A stretch of 64,000 nucleotides of DNA from Phormidesmidales cyanobacterium. Lineage in GTDB: Bacteria > Cyanobacteriota > Cyanobacteriia > Phormidesmidales > Phormidesmidaceae. Position 1 is the first letter of the stretch. Each line of letters opens with the position of its first letter. The notes under the pieces were generated by a model. That model was given only the letters and a program-made list of their open reading frames with translations, had not been told where the DNA came from and ran no database searches. The stretch is from positions 49,533 through 113,532 of the forward strand of contig JBBSKN010000001.1 in NCBI GenBank assembly GCA_038256265.1. Direction: 5' to 3'. Of the stretch, positions 9,803-20,264 are shown piece by piece. Both the position numbers and the translations under genes were made by a program.

Positions 9803-9937
9803 GTAACCCTCAGACCACGGCCATTGTCGTTGGCCAGAAAAACCTGACCGTTTTGATTACGCAGACTTGAGCTGGTAAATGATTGGTCGACAGGTAGGGG
9901 GCAAAATTAGCCTCCCAGATCAGGTTGTGAGCCTCAA

Positions 9938-10138
9938 CTACCTGCTCCTCCCACCGCCCAGCCAGGTTTGAATCTGATCCCAAATTGCGCCGGGGCCAAT
10001 GCCAAAGAGGAAGTAGAGCACCAGCAGCAAAAAGGCCACCAGCAGCACGGTTTGAAGGGTGTTTTTGATCAGCTTAAACACCCAGCCAAAGATGACGATC
10101 GCAACCACGATCGCCCCCAGTACAATCAGCAGCTCCAC
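9938..10138 (-). CDS. Small two-TM membrane protein
   Basis: 66 aa, two hydrophobic helices, non-overlapping, directly downstream of dxr. Confidence 0.75.
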   Translation of the reverse strand: MELLIVLGAIVVAIVIFGWVFKLIKNTLQTVLLVAFLLLVLYFLFGIGPGAIWDQIQTWLGGGRSR

Positions 10139-10147
10139 GGCATCCTC

Positions 10148-11341
10148 CTATCCCATAGAAACGACGGTGGCTTGGGTTAACGCCTCGCTGACGCTGGTGG
10201 CCTCGGCCCTGGCCCACTGGTCGGCGGCGAGAATGTCGGCCAGCGCGGGCTGGGTGACGTTGTGGGAACGGTGGCGATCGCACACCCCCTCAATCACCTG
10301 CGGAATCTCCAAAAAGTGGATTTTCTCGTCTAAGAATAGCGCCACGGCCTGCTCGTTGGCGGCGTTGAGCACGGCGGTCATGGTGCCGCCCGCCCGCCCG
10401 GCAGCGTAGGCCAGATCCATGCAGGGGTACTTGGCGTGGTCAGGCTCACGGAAGGTGAGGTCACCCGCCTTGACCAGATCTAGCGGCTCCCAGTCGGTGG
10501 CGATGCGATCGGGCCAGGAGAGGGCGTAGAGCAGGGGCAGGCGCATGTCGGGCCAGCCCAGCTGGGCCAGCACCGAGGTGTCTTGCAGCTCAATCAGCGA
10601 GTGAATAATGCTTTGGGGATGGATGACGATGTCGATGCGATCGTAGTCCATGCCAAACAGGTAATGGGCCTCGATCACCTCTAGCCCCTTGTTCATCAGC
10701 GTAGCCGAGTCGACGGTGATTTTGCGGCCCATCGACCAATTGGGGTGTTTGAGCGCGTCGGCCACCGTCACCTGGGCCAGCTTTTCGGTGGGCCAGTCGC
10801 GAAAGGCCCCACCCGAGGCCGTCAGCAAAATCCGCCGTAGCCCGCCCTCGGGCACCCCCTGGAGGCACTGAAAAATGGCGGAGTGCTCGGAGTCGGCAGG
10901 CAGCAGCTTGACGCCGTACTTTTCGACCAGGGGCAGCACGGCGGGGCCGCCCGCGATCAGGGTTTCTTTGTTGGCTAGGGCAATGTCTTTGCCTGCCTCG
11001 ATCGCCGCCAGAGTCGGCAACAGACCGGCGCAGCCAACAATGCCCGTTACCACCGCTTCGGCGTCGCCGTAGCGGGCCACTTCTACAATGCCGTCATCCC
11101 CTGCCAAAATCTGCGGCATTGGATCCATGCCGGCCAGGGAATTGCGCAATTCGCCTAGCTTGTCGGGGTTGCAGATGGCGACAATCTCGGGCTTAAACTG
11201 ACGCACCTGCTGAGCCAGCAGCGCTACATTATTCCCTGCGGCGATGCCCACCAGGCGAAACTGGTCGGGGTGGTTCTCCACAATATCTAGGGTTTGGGTA
11301 CCAATCGACCCGGTTGATCCAAGCAGGGTAATGGCTTTCAC
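10148..11341 (-). CDS. dxr: 1-deoxy-D-xylulose-5-phosphate reductoisomerase
   Basis: [51 protein letters not shown]; probable GTG start 11341. Confidence 0.97.
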   Translation of the reverse strand: MKAITLLGSTGSIGTQTLDIVENHPDQFRLVGIAAGNNVALLAQQVRQFKPEIVAICNPDKLGELRNSLAGMDPMPQILAGDDGIVEVARYGDAEAVVTGIVGCAGLLPTLAAIEAGKDIALANKETLIAGGPAVLPLVEKYGVKLLPADSEHSAIFQCLQGVPEGGLRRILLTASGGAFRDWPTEKLAQVTVADALKHPNWSMGRKITVDSATLMNKGLEVIEAHYLFGMDYDRIDIVIHPQSIIHSLIELQDTSVLAQLGWPDMRLPLLYALSWPDRIATDWEPLDLVKAGDLTFREPDHAKYPCMDLAYAAGRAGGTMTAVLNAANEQAVALFLDEKIHFLEIPQVIEGVCDRHRSHNVTQPALADILAADQWARAEATSVSEALTQATVVSMG

Positions 11342-11574
11342 AGCAATCCTCAACAGTGGGCGAACGCTATCTTTAAGAATCTCACGGTGCGGTCGCTAGC
11401 CCAAGGTCTAAACCAAACTTCTTACCCCAGCCCCGACAAAAACCCCACGGGGATCAGCCCTAAGCAATTGACAAGATTTGATGACTGGATTGCTATCAAT
11501 AACTACAGGAATAAAATAGTTGGTAATATTGCTAGGGATTCTTCCTACACACCTGAGCCTATCGATGCCTCCCC

Positions 11575-11928
11575 ATGGATACTGTGGAACTGGTTTCAGC
11601 TGAAGTCGTGCAGCAGGTAGCCGAATATTTCAGCATTTTAAGTGAACCCATGCGGCTGCGGATTCTCAATTTGCTGCGGGAGGGCGAGAAATGTGTGCAA
11701 GAGCTGGTGGATGCGACCCAAACCAGCCAGGCAAACGTGTCAAAGCACCTGAAGGTGATGCTTCAGGCGGGCATTCTCAACCGCCGTACCGAGGGCACTT
11801 CGGCCTATTACAGCGTGGCCGACGATCTGATTTTTGACCTGTGCGGTCTGGTGTGCGATCGCCTCGCCTGCCGCATCGAGGCCCAAGCCCAGCACTTTCG
11901 CAACTTTAGCCTCGCTAGCCGCACCTAG
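11575..11928 (+). CDS. ArsR/SmtB family transcriptional regulator
   Basis: LSEPMRLRIL...SQANVSKHLKVM winged HTH. Confidence 0.9.
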   Translation: MDTVELVSAEVVQQVAEYFSILSEPMRLRILNLLREGEKCVQELVDATQTSQANVSKHLKVMLQAGILNRRTEGTSAYYSVADDLIFDLCGLVCDRLACRIEAQAQHFRNFSLASRT

Positions 11929-11934
11929 ACCACC

Positions 11935-13725
11935 CTATTCGTCTGGGGTTTGCTCGTAGCCAAAATAGGCTTCCATCACCTGGAGCGCCATCGGAGCGGC
12001 CGTCCCACCGCCGCCGCCACCGCTGTTTTCAGCAAAGGTCACGACCACTATTTCGGGGTTGTCTAGCGGGGCGTAGCCGCCAAACCAGGCGTGAGATGGC
12101 CCCGGCGGTGCCTCGGCGGTGCCGGTTTTACCCGCCACGGGAGGAAGGTGAGATACGTTTAGTGCCCGAGCAGTGCCGCTGGCAACCGCCTGACGCAGCC
12201 CTCGGTGCAACACGTCAAGGGTGGCGTCGCTCAGCTCGATGGATTCTTTCCAGTTGCGGTGCTCCTCATTATCTTTCAGTAGGTGCGGGGTGACCCGATA
12301 GCCGTCGTTGGCCGCGACTGCAAACATATTGGCCACCTGTAGCGGCGTCGCCCTCATAAACCCCTGGCCGATGGACATATTAATGGTATCTCCGGGCACC
12401 CATGGGGTATCTAGGGTTTCGCGCTTCCAGTCGTCGTCTGGTACCAGACCAGCGCTTTCTTCAGCCCCGATCTCAATGCCAGTTTTGCGGCCAAAGCCAA
12501 AGCGACGGGTCATTTCGATCAGGGTAGGACTACCGATGCGCATCCCCACCTGGTAGAAAAAGGTATTGGCACTCTGGGCGAGAGCCCCGGTAAACCCCAA
12601 GGGACCAAAGCCGGCTCGGTTCCACTCACCAAACCGAATGCCCCCTACCTGAATGTAGGCAGAGGTCGACAGCACTGTATTCGGTGAGTACTGGCCCGAC
12701 TCAATGGCTGCCGCCGTCGTTACAACTTTAAATGTGCTGGCGGGCGGAAAGGCCTGCAATGATCGGTTCAGGAACGGTTTGTCGACTCCCTGTAGCTGCT
12801 GCCACTGGGCCTCGCTAATGCGGGCGGTAAAAATATTGGGGTCGTAGGTGGGCCAACTGGCCATCGCCAGAATAGCGCCATTGCGCGGATCCATGGCGAC
12901 GATTGCGCCCTTGCGGGTACCCAGAGCAGCCTCTGCGACTCGCTGGAGCTCTAGGTCAATGGTGAGCTGAACGTCTTGGCCAGCGGTGGCAGGCTTGTCG
13001 CCCAAAATGCTAATAATGCGCCCGGAACTGTCAACCTCGACCTGTTGCCCGCCCCAAGCACCGTGGAGAGTGCTCTCAAAGGCGGCCTCGGCCCCCATCT
13101 GGCCCACTACATCGCCCAGACGGTAGCCCTGTTCACGGCGGTCGGCGAGCTGCTCGTCGGTGAGCTCGCCAGTATAGCCAATTACGTGGGCGGCGAGGTC
13201 GCCGCTGGGATAGTTACGCACCGCCTCGGCCTCTAGACGCACCCCCGGCAGCTCGTTGGTGTACTCGGCCAGGGCAGTGGCCTGGGCGGGGCTAATGCCC
13301 CGGGCAATGGTAATCGATTCGATCGACTCGTAGCCTGCCTGCTCTAAGCGCTGCTGAATTTCTTCGGGCGGAATGCTGAGCACAGTCGAGAGGCGCTCGA
13401 CCACCGTGGACCACTGGTCACGGGGTAGGGCAATGGGCCAGATCGATACCGTGTGAGACAGGCGACTCCCGGCGAGAATTTTGCCGTTGCGGTCAAAAAT
13501 GGTGCCCCGCGCCGGGCGTTTGGGCACTAGGCGAATGCGGTTGGTGTCGGCTAACTCGCGGTTGCGATCGCCGTTGACCACCTGGAGCTGAAACAGCCGC
13601 AGCCCAAAGCCTCCCAGCATAAGCACCGTCACTAGGGCCAACAAAAACACCGCCTGAAAGCTGCGCCCCACAGTGCGACCACGCAGCGTGTCGGGTACCT
13701 GGGGTAATTTTTGGAGTAGCGCCAT
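11935..13725 (-). CDS. mrdA: Penicillin-binding protein 2
   Basis: N-terminal TM; RGTIFDRNG; PPASTFK (SxxK); SAN (SxN); KTG; probable start ATG 13725. Confidence 0.92.
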   Translation of the reverse strand: MALLQKLPQVPDTLRGRTVGRSFQAVFLLALVTVLMLGGFGLRLFQLQVVNGDRNRELADTNRIRLVPKRPARGTIFDRNGKILAGSRLSHTVSIWPIALPRDQWSTVVERLSTVLSIPPEEIQQRLEQAGYESIESITIARGISPAQATALAEYTNELPGVRLEAEAVRNYPSGDLAAHVIGYTGELTDEQLADRREQGYRLGDVVGQMGAEAAFESTLHGAWGGQQVEVDSSGRIISILGDKPATAGQDVQLTIDLELQRVAEAALGTRKGAIVAMDPRNGAILAMASWPTYDPNIFTARISEAQWQQLQGVDKPFLNRSLQAFPPASTFKVVTTAAAIESGQYSPNTVLSTSAYIQVGGIRFGEWNRAGFGPLGFTGALAQSANTFFYQVGMRIGSPTLIEMTRRFGFGRKTGIEIGAEESAGLVPDDDWKRETLDTPWVPGDTINMSIGQGFMRATPLQVANMFAVAANDGYRVTPHLLKDNEEHRNWKESIELSDATLDVLHRGLRQAVASGTARALNVSHLPPVAGKTGTAEAPPGPSHAWFGGYAPLDNPEIVVVTFAENSGGGGGGTAAPMALQVMEAYFGYEQTPDE

Positions 13726-13732
13726 GGATATC

Positions 13733-13801
13733 AAACCTCATCCAGGTTCAGAAGCGGAGTTTCGCCGGCAAAAGCTACAGATCCCAAGCTGGACTAGGTA
13801 T
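13733..13801. promoter_or_regulatory. Dispersed ~70-nt palindromic intergenic element, copy B
   Basis: AAACCTCATCCAGGTTCAG-37 nt-CTGGACTAGGTAT; 60/71 identical to copy D with a 2-nt gap; ends 7 nt before the mrdA ATG. Confidence 0.8.
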
Positions 13802-13973
13802 CACCTCATCGAGATCCAGACGTAGATTTTTGCCTAAGGGAGCGACAGCAGCCAAGCTGGACTTGAACTAGTCTCCAAAGCAAAACTGGCAAAATTAGCC
13901 AGCTCCTATCTTATATCGCCCTAGAAGATCTATGCAGGAAAAGACTGCCTTGCGGGTGTTGGTACTGGTTTGG

Positions 13974-16220
13974 TCAAGCCCAAGAAAAAGCAACCCTGAG
14001 CAGCACCTGATCAGGTGCTGCAGTGCTCAGCTTTAGCCCAGATCCGGCCTCGGGCTGAGGCTGGGCCGATACCGTAGGTGACTTGGGCTGTGCGGCCTGG
14101 GGTTCTTCAATCGGGGCGGCAGATTCTGGGGCACCCTCCCTAGGCTGAGGGGCGGGCTGCAGCGGTGCTGGCGGCACGGACAGGGGAGCGGGTGCGACAT
14201 TTGCGGGAACTGGCTCTGCCGACGGAATTGCCGGGGACAGATTTACTGGGGCCGAATTTGTGGGCGACTGGAGCGATCGCGGCGGGGCTACAACATCGCT
14301 AGGGGCAGGGGCAGCCTCGCCGGGAACAGTCTCAATGCGATCGGGCAGGGGCGAGGGTCTGAAGCGGGGCATGGCCGGAGCCGGAGCCAGAGCCGGAGCC
14401 GGAGCTTCTGTCGCAGTCAGGGGCGCAGCGTCTGCACCGTCCAGAGGAGTTTCGAGGTCTGCGGAGGCTGTTTCCTCGGTGGTGATCGCCGCTGCCCGAG
14501 CGGCGGCGGCGCGCTGGAGAGCGGCCTGGCGGGCCCGCTCGGCGGCAGCAATTTGACCCTGCCAACCGGCGATCGCCCCCCGCGCCTCATCGTAGAGCGC
14601 CCGCCCTGGGCGAATGCCCGTGGCTTCGACAATGGCCTGGGAGAGCTTGCCCTCAGAGGCCAGCGATCGCGCTCGGTTGAGCATGGGCTGGTCTTCCATT
14701 ACCTGTAGCTCGCTCGTCCAAACGTAGACCCAGCCCTGGGCTTCGCTGCGCAAGGCGCGGGGTAGGGCAATGGCCTGGGCGGTGGCAATGGCCGCCTGTA
14801 GACCCTCATGGGTTTTGGCGCTGGCCAGCTCGTGGGCCTTGACCAGGTAGGGGCGGTCTTCTAGACGCTCGATCTCCTGCCGCCAGTGGGCCACCATGGT
14901 CTGGGCCTGCACCCGGCGGGGGTGCCCGAGGGGCACCTCAGCGGCCTGAGCAATGGCGACGCTGAGGGCATCGCGATCGCGCACCTGACCCACCGCCTGG
15001 GCGGTTTGAAACTTGGCGAGGTCGCCCAGGTGCTGCCGCCAGGCGATCACACTCGACTGCGCCTGGGGATAGTATGGGCTACCCTGGGGCACCCGGTTGG
15101 CGGTGAGCATCGCCTGGTAAAGCTGCACCACCTGATCGGGGGAGGTGCGCCAGCTCGTCAAGCTCTGCTGGGCAGTTTGGCGAGACTGGCTCAGCCAGAT
15201 CAGCTCTTGGGCGACCTGGGCGCGGTCGGGGTTGAGGGCAGCGCTGCGGCCCAGGGCGATCGCGGCGTTGAGATCAGAGGCGTACCACTTGTCTAGGCCC
15301 AGGGTCAGCAACAGGTCGCTCCAGCGGTTGAGGTAGGGCTGGGCCTGCTGGCGGGCGTAGGTGCCCTCGTCAATCTGGCTGGCGGTACGCAGGGCGGCGG
15401 CGAGGCGATCACTGCCGCCGGGGGCCGCCGTGGCCACAGCGCGATCTAGCAGCTCCTGGGCCTGGCGTTCTTGACGAATCTGGCGGGTCAGGGCCTGCAC
15501 CTGGCTCACCCGCCAGTGAGAATTGTTCAGCTTGGCCAGGGCCTGCACCTGACTAGAGGCGGCGGGCCAATCTTTTTGCTTCAGGGCGGCCTGGGCGGTG
15601 GCCCTGATCGCCTCGCCCTGATCCCATTCTGTCTGCCAGACGGCTATTTTTTCCTGGGCAGGGGAAAATACAGAGCTGTGGGCGGGAATATGACCCACGA
15701 GGGTTTGGGCCTCAGCCATGCTGCCGTTGCCACGCAGTTCTTGATCCGCAGCCTGGAGCACGACCCACGACCACTGCTCTACCAGGGGCTGCACCTCGTA
15801 GTAGAGAGGGTGGCCCTCCGTCCATCTGCCCGCCAGATCGAGGGCGGCCAGTACGTCGGGCAGTTCCCTAGACTCAGCAGCGGTTTGGGCGCAAAACAGC
15901 TGGGCGCGATCAGTGGTAACCGTGGCCGCATTCTCGCAGTTGGCAGTGGGGGGCAGGTTCACCAGCCACAGAAACGCGCCCACCGCCGCCCCGCCCGCAG
16001 CGACGCAGCTCAGCAGAGAGATCAGCAGCAGTCGCCAAGACTGGCTGCCGCCCCCGGTCGCTGGGGGCATTACGTCGGGCAAGACGAGCGCCTCATCGTC
16101 TCGATTAGTAACTAGGTGAAACTCTGTGGCTAATCCGTTGGCGGTTAACCCGTTGACGGCGAACCCCTCGGCCAGGGGTTCGCCCTGCTGGGGACCAGAC
16201 TGCCCATGTCGACTCAGCAT
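13974..16220 (-). CDS. Cyanobacterial membrane-anchored helical-repeat protein with Pro/Ala-rich tail
   Basis: 748-aa ORF; TM LLLISLLSCVAAGGAAVGAFLWL; repeated AQ..I..W helical units. Confidence 0.75.
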   Translation of the reverse strand: MLSRHGQSGPQQGEPLAEGFAVNGLTANGLATEFHLVTNRDDEALVLPDVMPPATGGGSQSWRLLLISLLSCVAAGGAAVGAFLWLVNLPPTANCENAATVTTDRAQLFCAQTAAESRELPDVLAALDLAGRWTEGHPLYYEVQPLVEQWSWVVLQAADQELRGNGSMAEAQTLVGHIPAHSSVFSPAQEKIAVWQTEWDQGEAIRATAQAALKQKDWPAASSQVQALAKLNNSHWRVSQVQALTRQIRQERQAQELLDRAVATAAPGGSDRLAAALRTASQIDEGTYARQQAQPYLNRWSDLLLTLGLDKWYASDLNAAIALGRSAALNPDRAQVAQELIWLSQSRQTAQQSLTSWRTSPDQVVQLYQAMLTANRVPQGSPYYPQAQSSVIAWRQHLGDLAKFQTAQAVGQVRDRDALSVAIAQAAEVPLGHPRRVQAQTMVAHWRQEIERLEDRPYLVKAHELASAKTHEGLQAAIATAQAIALPRALRSEAQGWVYVWTSELQVMEDQPMLNRARSLASEGKLSQAIVEATGIRPGRALYDEARGAIAGWQGQIAAAERARQAALQRAAAARAAAITTEETASADLETPLDGADAAPLTATEAPAPALAPAPAMPRFRPSPLPDRIETVPGEAAPAPSDVVAPPRSLQSPTNSAPVNLSPAIPSAEPVPANVAPAPLSVPPAPLQPAPQPREGAPESAAPIEEPQAAQPKSPTVSAQPQPEAGSGLKLSTAAPDQVLLRVAFSWA

Positions 16221-16426
16221 CTCCCGTCACTCCCGCGCAACCACCTGCCCTAACTTTACTCAGAATCTAAGGCAGACGGGAAGCCATCATTACAGTTTCT
16301 TAGCGACGGCAGGAAAATAAGCCGAAAATGTCTCAAACCCTTTAAATTTGAACGCCCGTATCCAGTTCAGCAGTCGCCGGATAAAGCAGGAATCTTCTTT
16401 TCTTAAAAATCTCCCTAAACCTGGGT

Positions 16427-16642
16427 TTAATCAGCCAACGTCCACCAGCCAAGCCCAGGGCCAATGAACCGCAGCGTGATCCAAAAGGCAATGATGATCA
16501 CAATCGACCCCCAGGTGCCTCGGCTGGTCCATTTCATAAACTGCTGCGATTGGTCTTTGGTAATGGGTAGCCAGGGCAAGATGGGTTCTTCCTGGCCATA
16601 CTTCTCGCCCAGCTGGTCTTTGCGTCGTTTTGATTCGCCCAT
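16427..16642 (-). CDS. DUF2839 family small membrane protein
   Basis: MGESKRRK...LPWLPITK...GPGLGWW. Confidence 0.85.
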   Translation of the reverse strand: MGESKRRKDQLGEKYGQEEPILPWLPITKDQSQQFMKWTSRGTWGSIVIIIAFWITLRFIGPGLGWWTLAD

Positions 16643-16718
16643 GGGTTCTGGCTCCTACCCTCTGCGCTGGCAATAGCTACCTTTTCATCATAGGATGAGC
16701 CCGCCCCATCCACTCCTT

Positions 16719-18266
16719 TCACTCCCCCCACTCACTGGGCAATGATCGTAAATAAGCCGCCGGGCTCAGCGCCTCTAAAATCTGCGCCCCGTAGCTGCGG
16801 TAGTGGACGCGGGTGTCGAGCAGCGCCACCGTGCCCTGGTGCTGCCGTGAGGGGGCGATCGCCCGCTGTAGCTCGGTCACCGCCGTGGGAAACAGGTAGA
16901 GCCGAAACCAGTCTTGCCGCCGCCGCTTATGAAAGGCCACTCGCCCCGCCACCATGGGGTTTTCGAGCGAGGGTAGCGGCAGCGTAGCCACAATTAGCAG
17001 GGCAGGTGGGGGCAACATGGCCCGGTGCTGCCGCCAAAATTCCCAGCCGCTGACCAAAATGCTGTGGGGGCCAAGGTTGGCCTGCTCCACCTGCACCCGC
17101 GAACCAAATTCACCCGCCAGGGCCGCCCCGAGCTGGCCTTTCAGGGGTAGATCATCCAGCAAGATCACCGTGGGGCCGAGTGCCGTGGGAGCAGGTTGTG
17201 ACGACTGAGCCGGGCTGAGCAAGCGGCGAATCTCTTGGTGCAGGGCCCCCTGAAACTGAGGCGTATTGGGCAGCGGCAGATGGCTGGGCAGGTACAACTG
17301 AATGGCGTCGTGTTGGCGGTGGGGGGTAAATTGCAGACAGGTGAGATCGCCCAGCCCCAGCCGCTGTCGAAAGTTTTCGGCCCCGGCATCGGGGTCGAGG
17401 GCGGCACCGATCAGCACCACGGGCTGCCGCTGCCACACCGGGGCCAAAGCAGTGGCCAGCTCCACCGGGGCGCAGTGCAGCGCCATGCGGCCCAAATCGC
17501 GCTCGACAGAAAACCACAGCAGGTGGTCAGGCGGGTTGAACTGCTGCCAAAACCTAGCCCACTGGGGCGGCATTGGCCCCTCGGCCTGGGGGGCGATCGC
17601 GCGGCTGGCCGAGAGCACCTGGTGCAGCCGCTGGAGCTGCTGCACATCGCCCTCTTCTAACAAATAGCGGTGGTAGGGGTTGGCCGGGTGCTGAAAGGCG
17701 GCGTGGGTCAGGGCCACATGGGCGTCTTGAATCAGCGACTGGTGGGCGGGGTAGGCCAGGGCCAGGTGGTTCCAGTCGAGGGGGGCCAGATCGATGGTGA
17801 GCTGTTGGCGCAGCCAGAGTTCTAGGTCGTCGGCGTCGTCAATCAGCGTCGGAATGCCGTCGGGGAAGCCGCTGCCGTCGCCCAGGCGATCGCCCAGCCA
17901 GGCCTCGGGCGAGGTGATTAGCAAACCATTGAAGCCGCTGCCGGGCCAGCGATCACCCATCTGTGCGGGCTTGCGCAGGCCCAGTTTCTCTTGCAGCCGA
18001 GGAATCTCGACCATGAGCAGTCGCTGGGCGGTGAGGTCGGGGGCGACCACCACGGCGGGGCCGGGCCACATCATCAGCGCAATTAGGTAGCTAAGGCGAT
18101 ATTCGCCATGAAAGGCCGACAGCCCCCCCACCTGAAGCAGGGCGCTGCGCCCCAGCCGCAGCGCCCGCGCCACCAGCCGCGCCAGCGTCAGGTGGTGAGG
18201 CCAGCTTGGCTCTCCCCATTCCCGCAGCAGGGCGCGCAGTTGTTGGTGTACTTGGGCCTCAATCAC
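16719..18266 (-). CDS. DinG-like helicase C-terminal domain protein
   Basis: LIDDADDLE (degenerate DEAH), VLIGAAL, LIVATLPLP, RAIAP...VALLDTRV...YGAQIL. Confidence 0.75.
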   Translation of the reverse strand: MIEAQVHQQLRALLREWGEPSWPHHLTLARLVARALRLGRSALLQVGGLSAFHGEYRLSYLIALMMWPGPAVVVAPDLTAQRLLMVEIPRLQEKLGLRKPAQMGDRWPGSGFNGLLITSPEAWLGDRLGDGSGFPDGIPTLIDDADDLELWLRQQLTIDLAPLDWNHLALAYPAHQSLIQDAHVALTHAAFQHPANPYHRYLLEEGDVQQLQRLHQVLSASRAIAPQAEGPMPPQWARFWQQFNPPDHLLWFSVERDLGRMALHCAPVELATALAPVWQRQPVVLIGAALDPDAGAENFRQRLGLGDLTCLQFTPHRQHDAIQLYLPSHLPLPNTPQFQGALHQEIRRLLSPAQSSQPAPTALGPTVILLDDLPLKGQLGAALAGEFGSRVQVEQANLGPHSILVSGWEFWRQHRAMLPPPALLIVATLPLPSLENPMVAGRVAFHKRRRQDWFRLYLFPTAVTELQRAIAPSRQHQGTVALLDTRVHYRSYGAQILEALSPAAYLRSLPSEWGE

Positions 18267-18489
18267 AGGCAGGGTTGCGGTAGAGGTTTAAAGCAGGCTG
18301 GGCGCGATCGCCTCTAGAGGTGACGATTTGAGCGGCCAGGGAGTTGCCAGTCTTCCAGGGGTAGCAGGCCGACCCGGCTCGGGCTATAGCTGTTTATTGT
18401 CGCATAGATGATTCGTCGCGGCTTTTGGGAGGGTCGAGGGTGGGGCGATCGCCCGGTCATGCTCAAACCGATAGTGCCGTCCTCATCCG

Positions 18490-18636
18490 AGAGGATCGCG
18501 ATCAATGAATCAATATGTTGTTTAAGGCCAGTCAAAATGCTGTAGTTCAATGAATAAATCGAAAAACTATCGCATCGTTATTCAAAAAATCTTGCAAGAC
18601 TACGCCCCGAAAAATGAAAATCGTATACGCCCCTAG
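18490..18636 (+). pseudogene. xisH 3' end / xisI 5' end remnant
   Basis: 18550-18636 reads MNKSKNYRIVIQKILQDYA (XisI-like N-terminus), overlapped by a frame ending AVVQ*IN (XisH-like IVQWIN). Confidence 0.45.
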
Positions 18637-18647
18637 GGCTGGACTGT

Positions 18648-19354
18648 TTAGGAATCGGAGTCATGTGATTCGTCAGCATCTAGGGGTTCGAGGCAAGCGG
18701 GCAAATCATTCTGGGGCTTGTTCACCAGCGTCGAGACCGGGTAGCGATCCATCGCCGCCGCCTCGTAGGGCCGCAGCATCGCCTGAAGCACCTGGGGCTG
18801 GTCGTAGCTGGGGTCGAGCCAGGCAGCGTAGTCGTCAGCGGGCAAAATCACCGGCATCCGGTTGTGGATCGGCTCCATCACCTCGTTGGGCTCAGTGGTG
18901 AGAATGGTGCAGGTTTGCAGCTCACCGCCGCCGGCTGGGTCGCTCCAGTGCTCCCAAAGCCCAGCAAAGGCAAAGGGCTGATGCCCGTTGAGAAAAATAT
19001 GGTAGGGCTGCTTGGTTCTGCCGCTGGCCTGCTGCTGCCATTCATAGAACCCGTCGGCCAAAATCAGGCAGCGCCTGCGCTTAAATGCAGCGCGAAACGA
19101 GGGCTTTTCGCTCACCGTTTCGGCACGGGCATTGATCAATCGGTTGCCGATTGCCGGATCTTTAGCCCAGCTGGGAATCAGCCCCCAGCGCAGCAGCTCA
19201 AAGTAGGGCTCTGGGTGCTCTGCGGTGGCAACTACGGCGGCGACGGGCTGGGTAGGGGCAACGTTGTAGCGCGGAGCCGCTGGCAGCGCTGCCTTGAGGT
19301 GAAACGCCGCCGCTAGGTCATCGCCTGTTTGGTTGAGGCTAAACCGCCCGCACA
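18648..19354 (-). CDS. SOS response-associated peptidase (SRAP/YedK/HMCES family)
   Basis: MCGRF start; RYNVAPTQ; WGLIPSW; INARAET; GFYEW; IHNRMPVIL. Confidence 0.93.
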
Positions 19355-19442
19355 TTGCCTTTTTCCTATAAACCCTGAATGGGGGAGATGATGCGCCGCA
19401 CCCTGGGGAGTTCCCCAAGATGCGGCGGATAAAGCTCTAGCG

Positions 19443-20102
19443 CTAGACCGCCAAGCCTACCGGGCAAGACACGTTAGTGCCGCCGAGGCCGCAGTAGCCC
19501 CTGGGGTTTTTGGCCAGGTACTGCTGGTGGTAGTCTTCGGCGTAGTAATACTCCGGAGCCTCTAGAATTTCGGTGGTGATGGGGCCGTAGCCAGCGGCCT
19601 TGAGAGCCACTTCGTAGGCCTGCTTCGAGGATTCGGCCAGCTGGCGCTGGGCCTCAGAGTAGACATAGATGCCAGAACGGTACTGGGTGCCAGCGTCGTT
19701 GCCTTGGCGCATGCCCTGGGTGGGGTTGTGGCTTTCCCAAAAGGTCTTGAGAATTTGCTCGTAGCTGACCACAGCGGGGTCGAAGACAACCTGTACCACC
19801 TCGTTGTGGCCCGTTAGCCCCGAGCAAACCTCTTGATAGGTGGGGTTGGGGGTATAGCCAGCGGCGTAGCCCACAGAGGTGGTGTAGACCCCCTCTAGCT
19901 GCCAAAACTTGCGCTCGGCCCCCCAAAAGCAGCCCATGCCAAAGAGGCCCAGCTCCATACCCGCCGGGAAGGGCGGTACCAGAGGGTTGCCGTTGACGTG
20001 GTGCTTGTCGGGCACGGCCATGGGGGTAGCCCGACCGGGCAGCGCCTCGGTAGCGGGGGGCATTTCAGATTTTTTGCCTTTGCCTAGACCAAAGAAAACC
20101 AT
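19443..20102 (-). CDS. msrA: Peptide methionine sulfoxide reductase A
   Basis: GCFWG; GHNEVV; [18 protein letters not shown]; AEDYHQQY. Confidence 0.97.
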   Translation of the reverse strand: MVFFGLGKGKKSEMPPATEALPGRATPMAVPDKHHVNGNPLVPPFPAGMELGLFGMGCFWGAERKFWQLEGVYTTSVGYAAGYTPNPTYQEVCSGLTGHNEVVQVVFDPAVVSYEQILKTFWESHNPTQGMRQGNDAGTQYRSGIYVYSEAQRQLAESSKQAYEVALKAAGYGPITTEILEAPEYYYAEDYHQQYLAKNPRGYCGLGGTNVSCPVGLAV

Positions 20103-20264
20103 AGGAATGACTGCGGTTTGTGTAGGAGTACTGACTTCACTATAACGTCAACACCTTGGCGCTACCGGAGAGGACAATTGGAGAATGGGGTGGCAGGCGG
20201 GCCTGGGTAATTATGGCCAACTCAGGGGATGTGATCGCCCCTTCATCAAGCCCTCTCAGCGCCG

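Noticed and set aside
13733-13801. Fluoride (crcB) riboswitch or a short peptide as the identity of the repeated element
   Set aside because: Only a superficial GGAGTTTCGCC match, lacking the GGCGAT 5' strand and the ending motif; the 2-nt indel in copy B breaks any shared reading frame.
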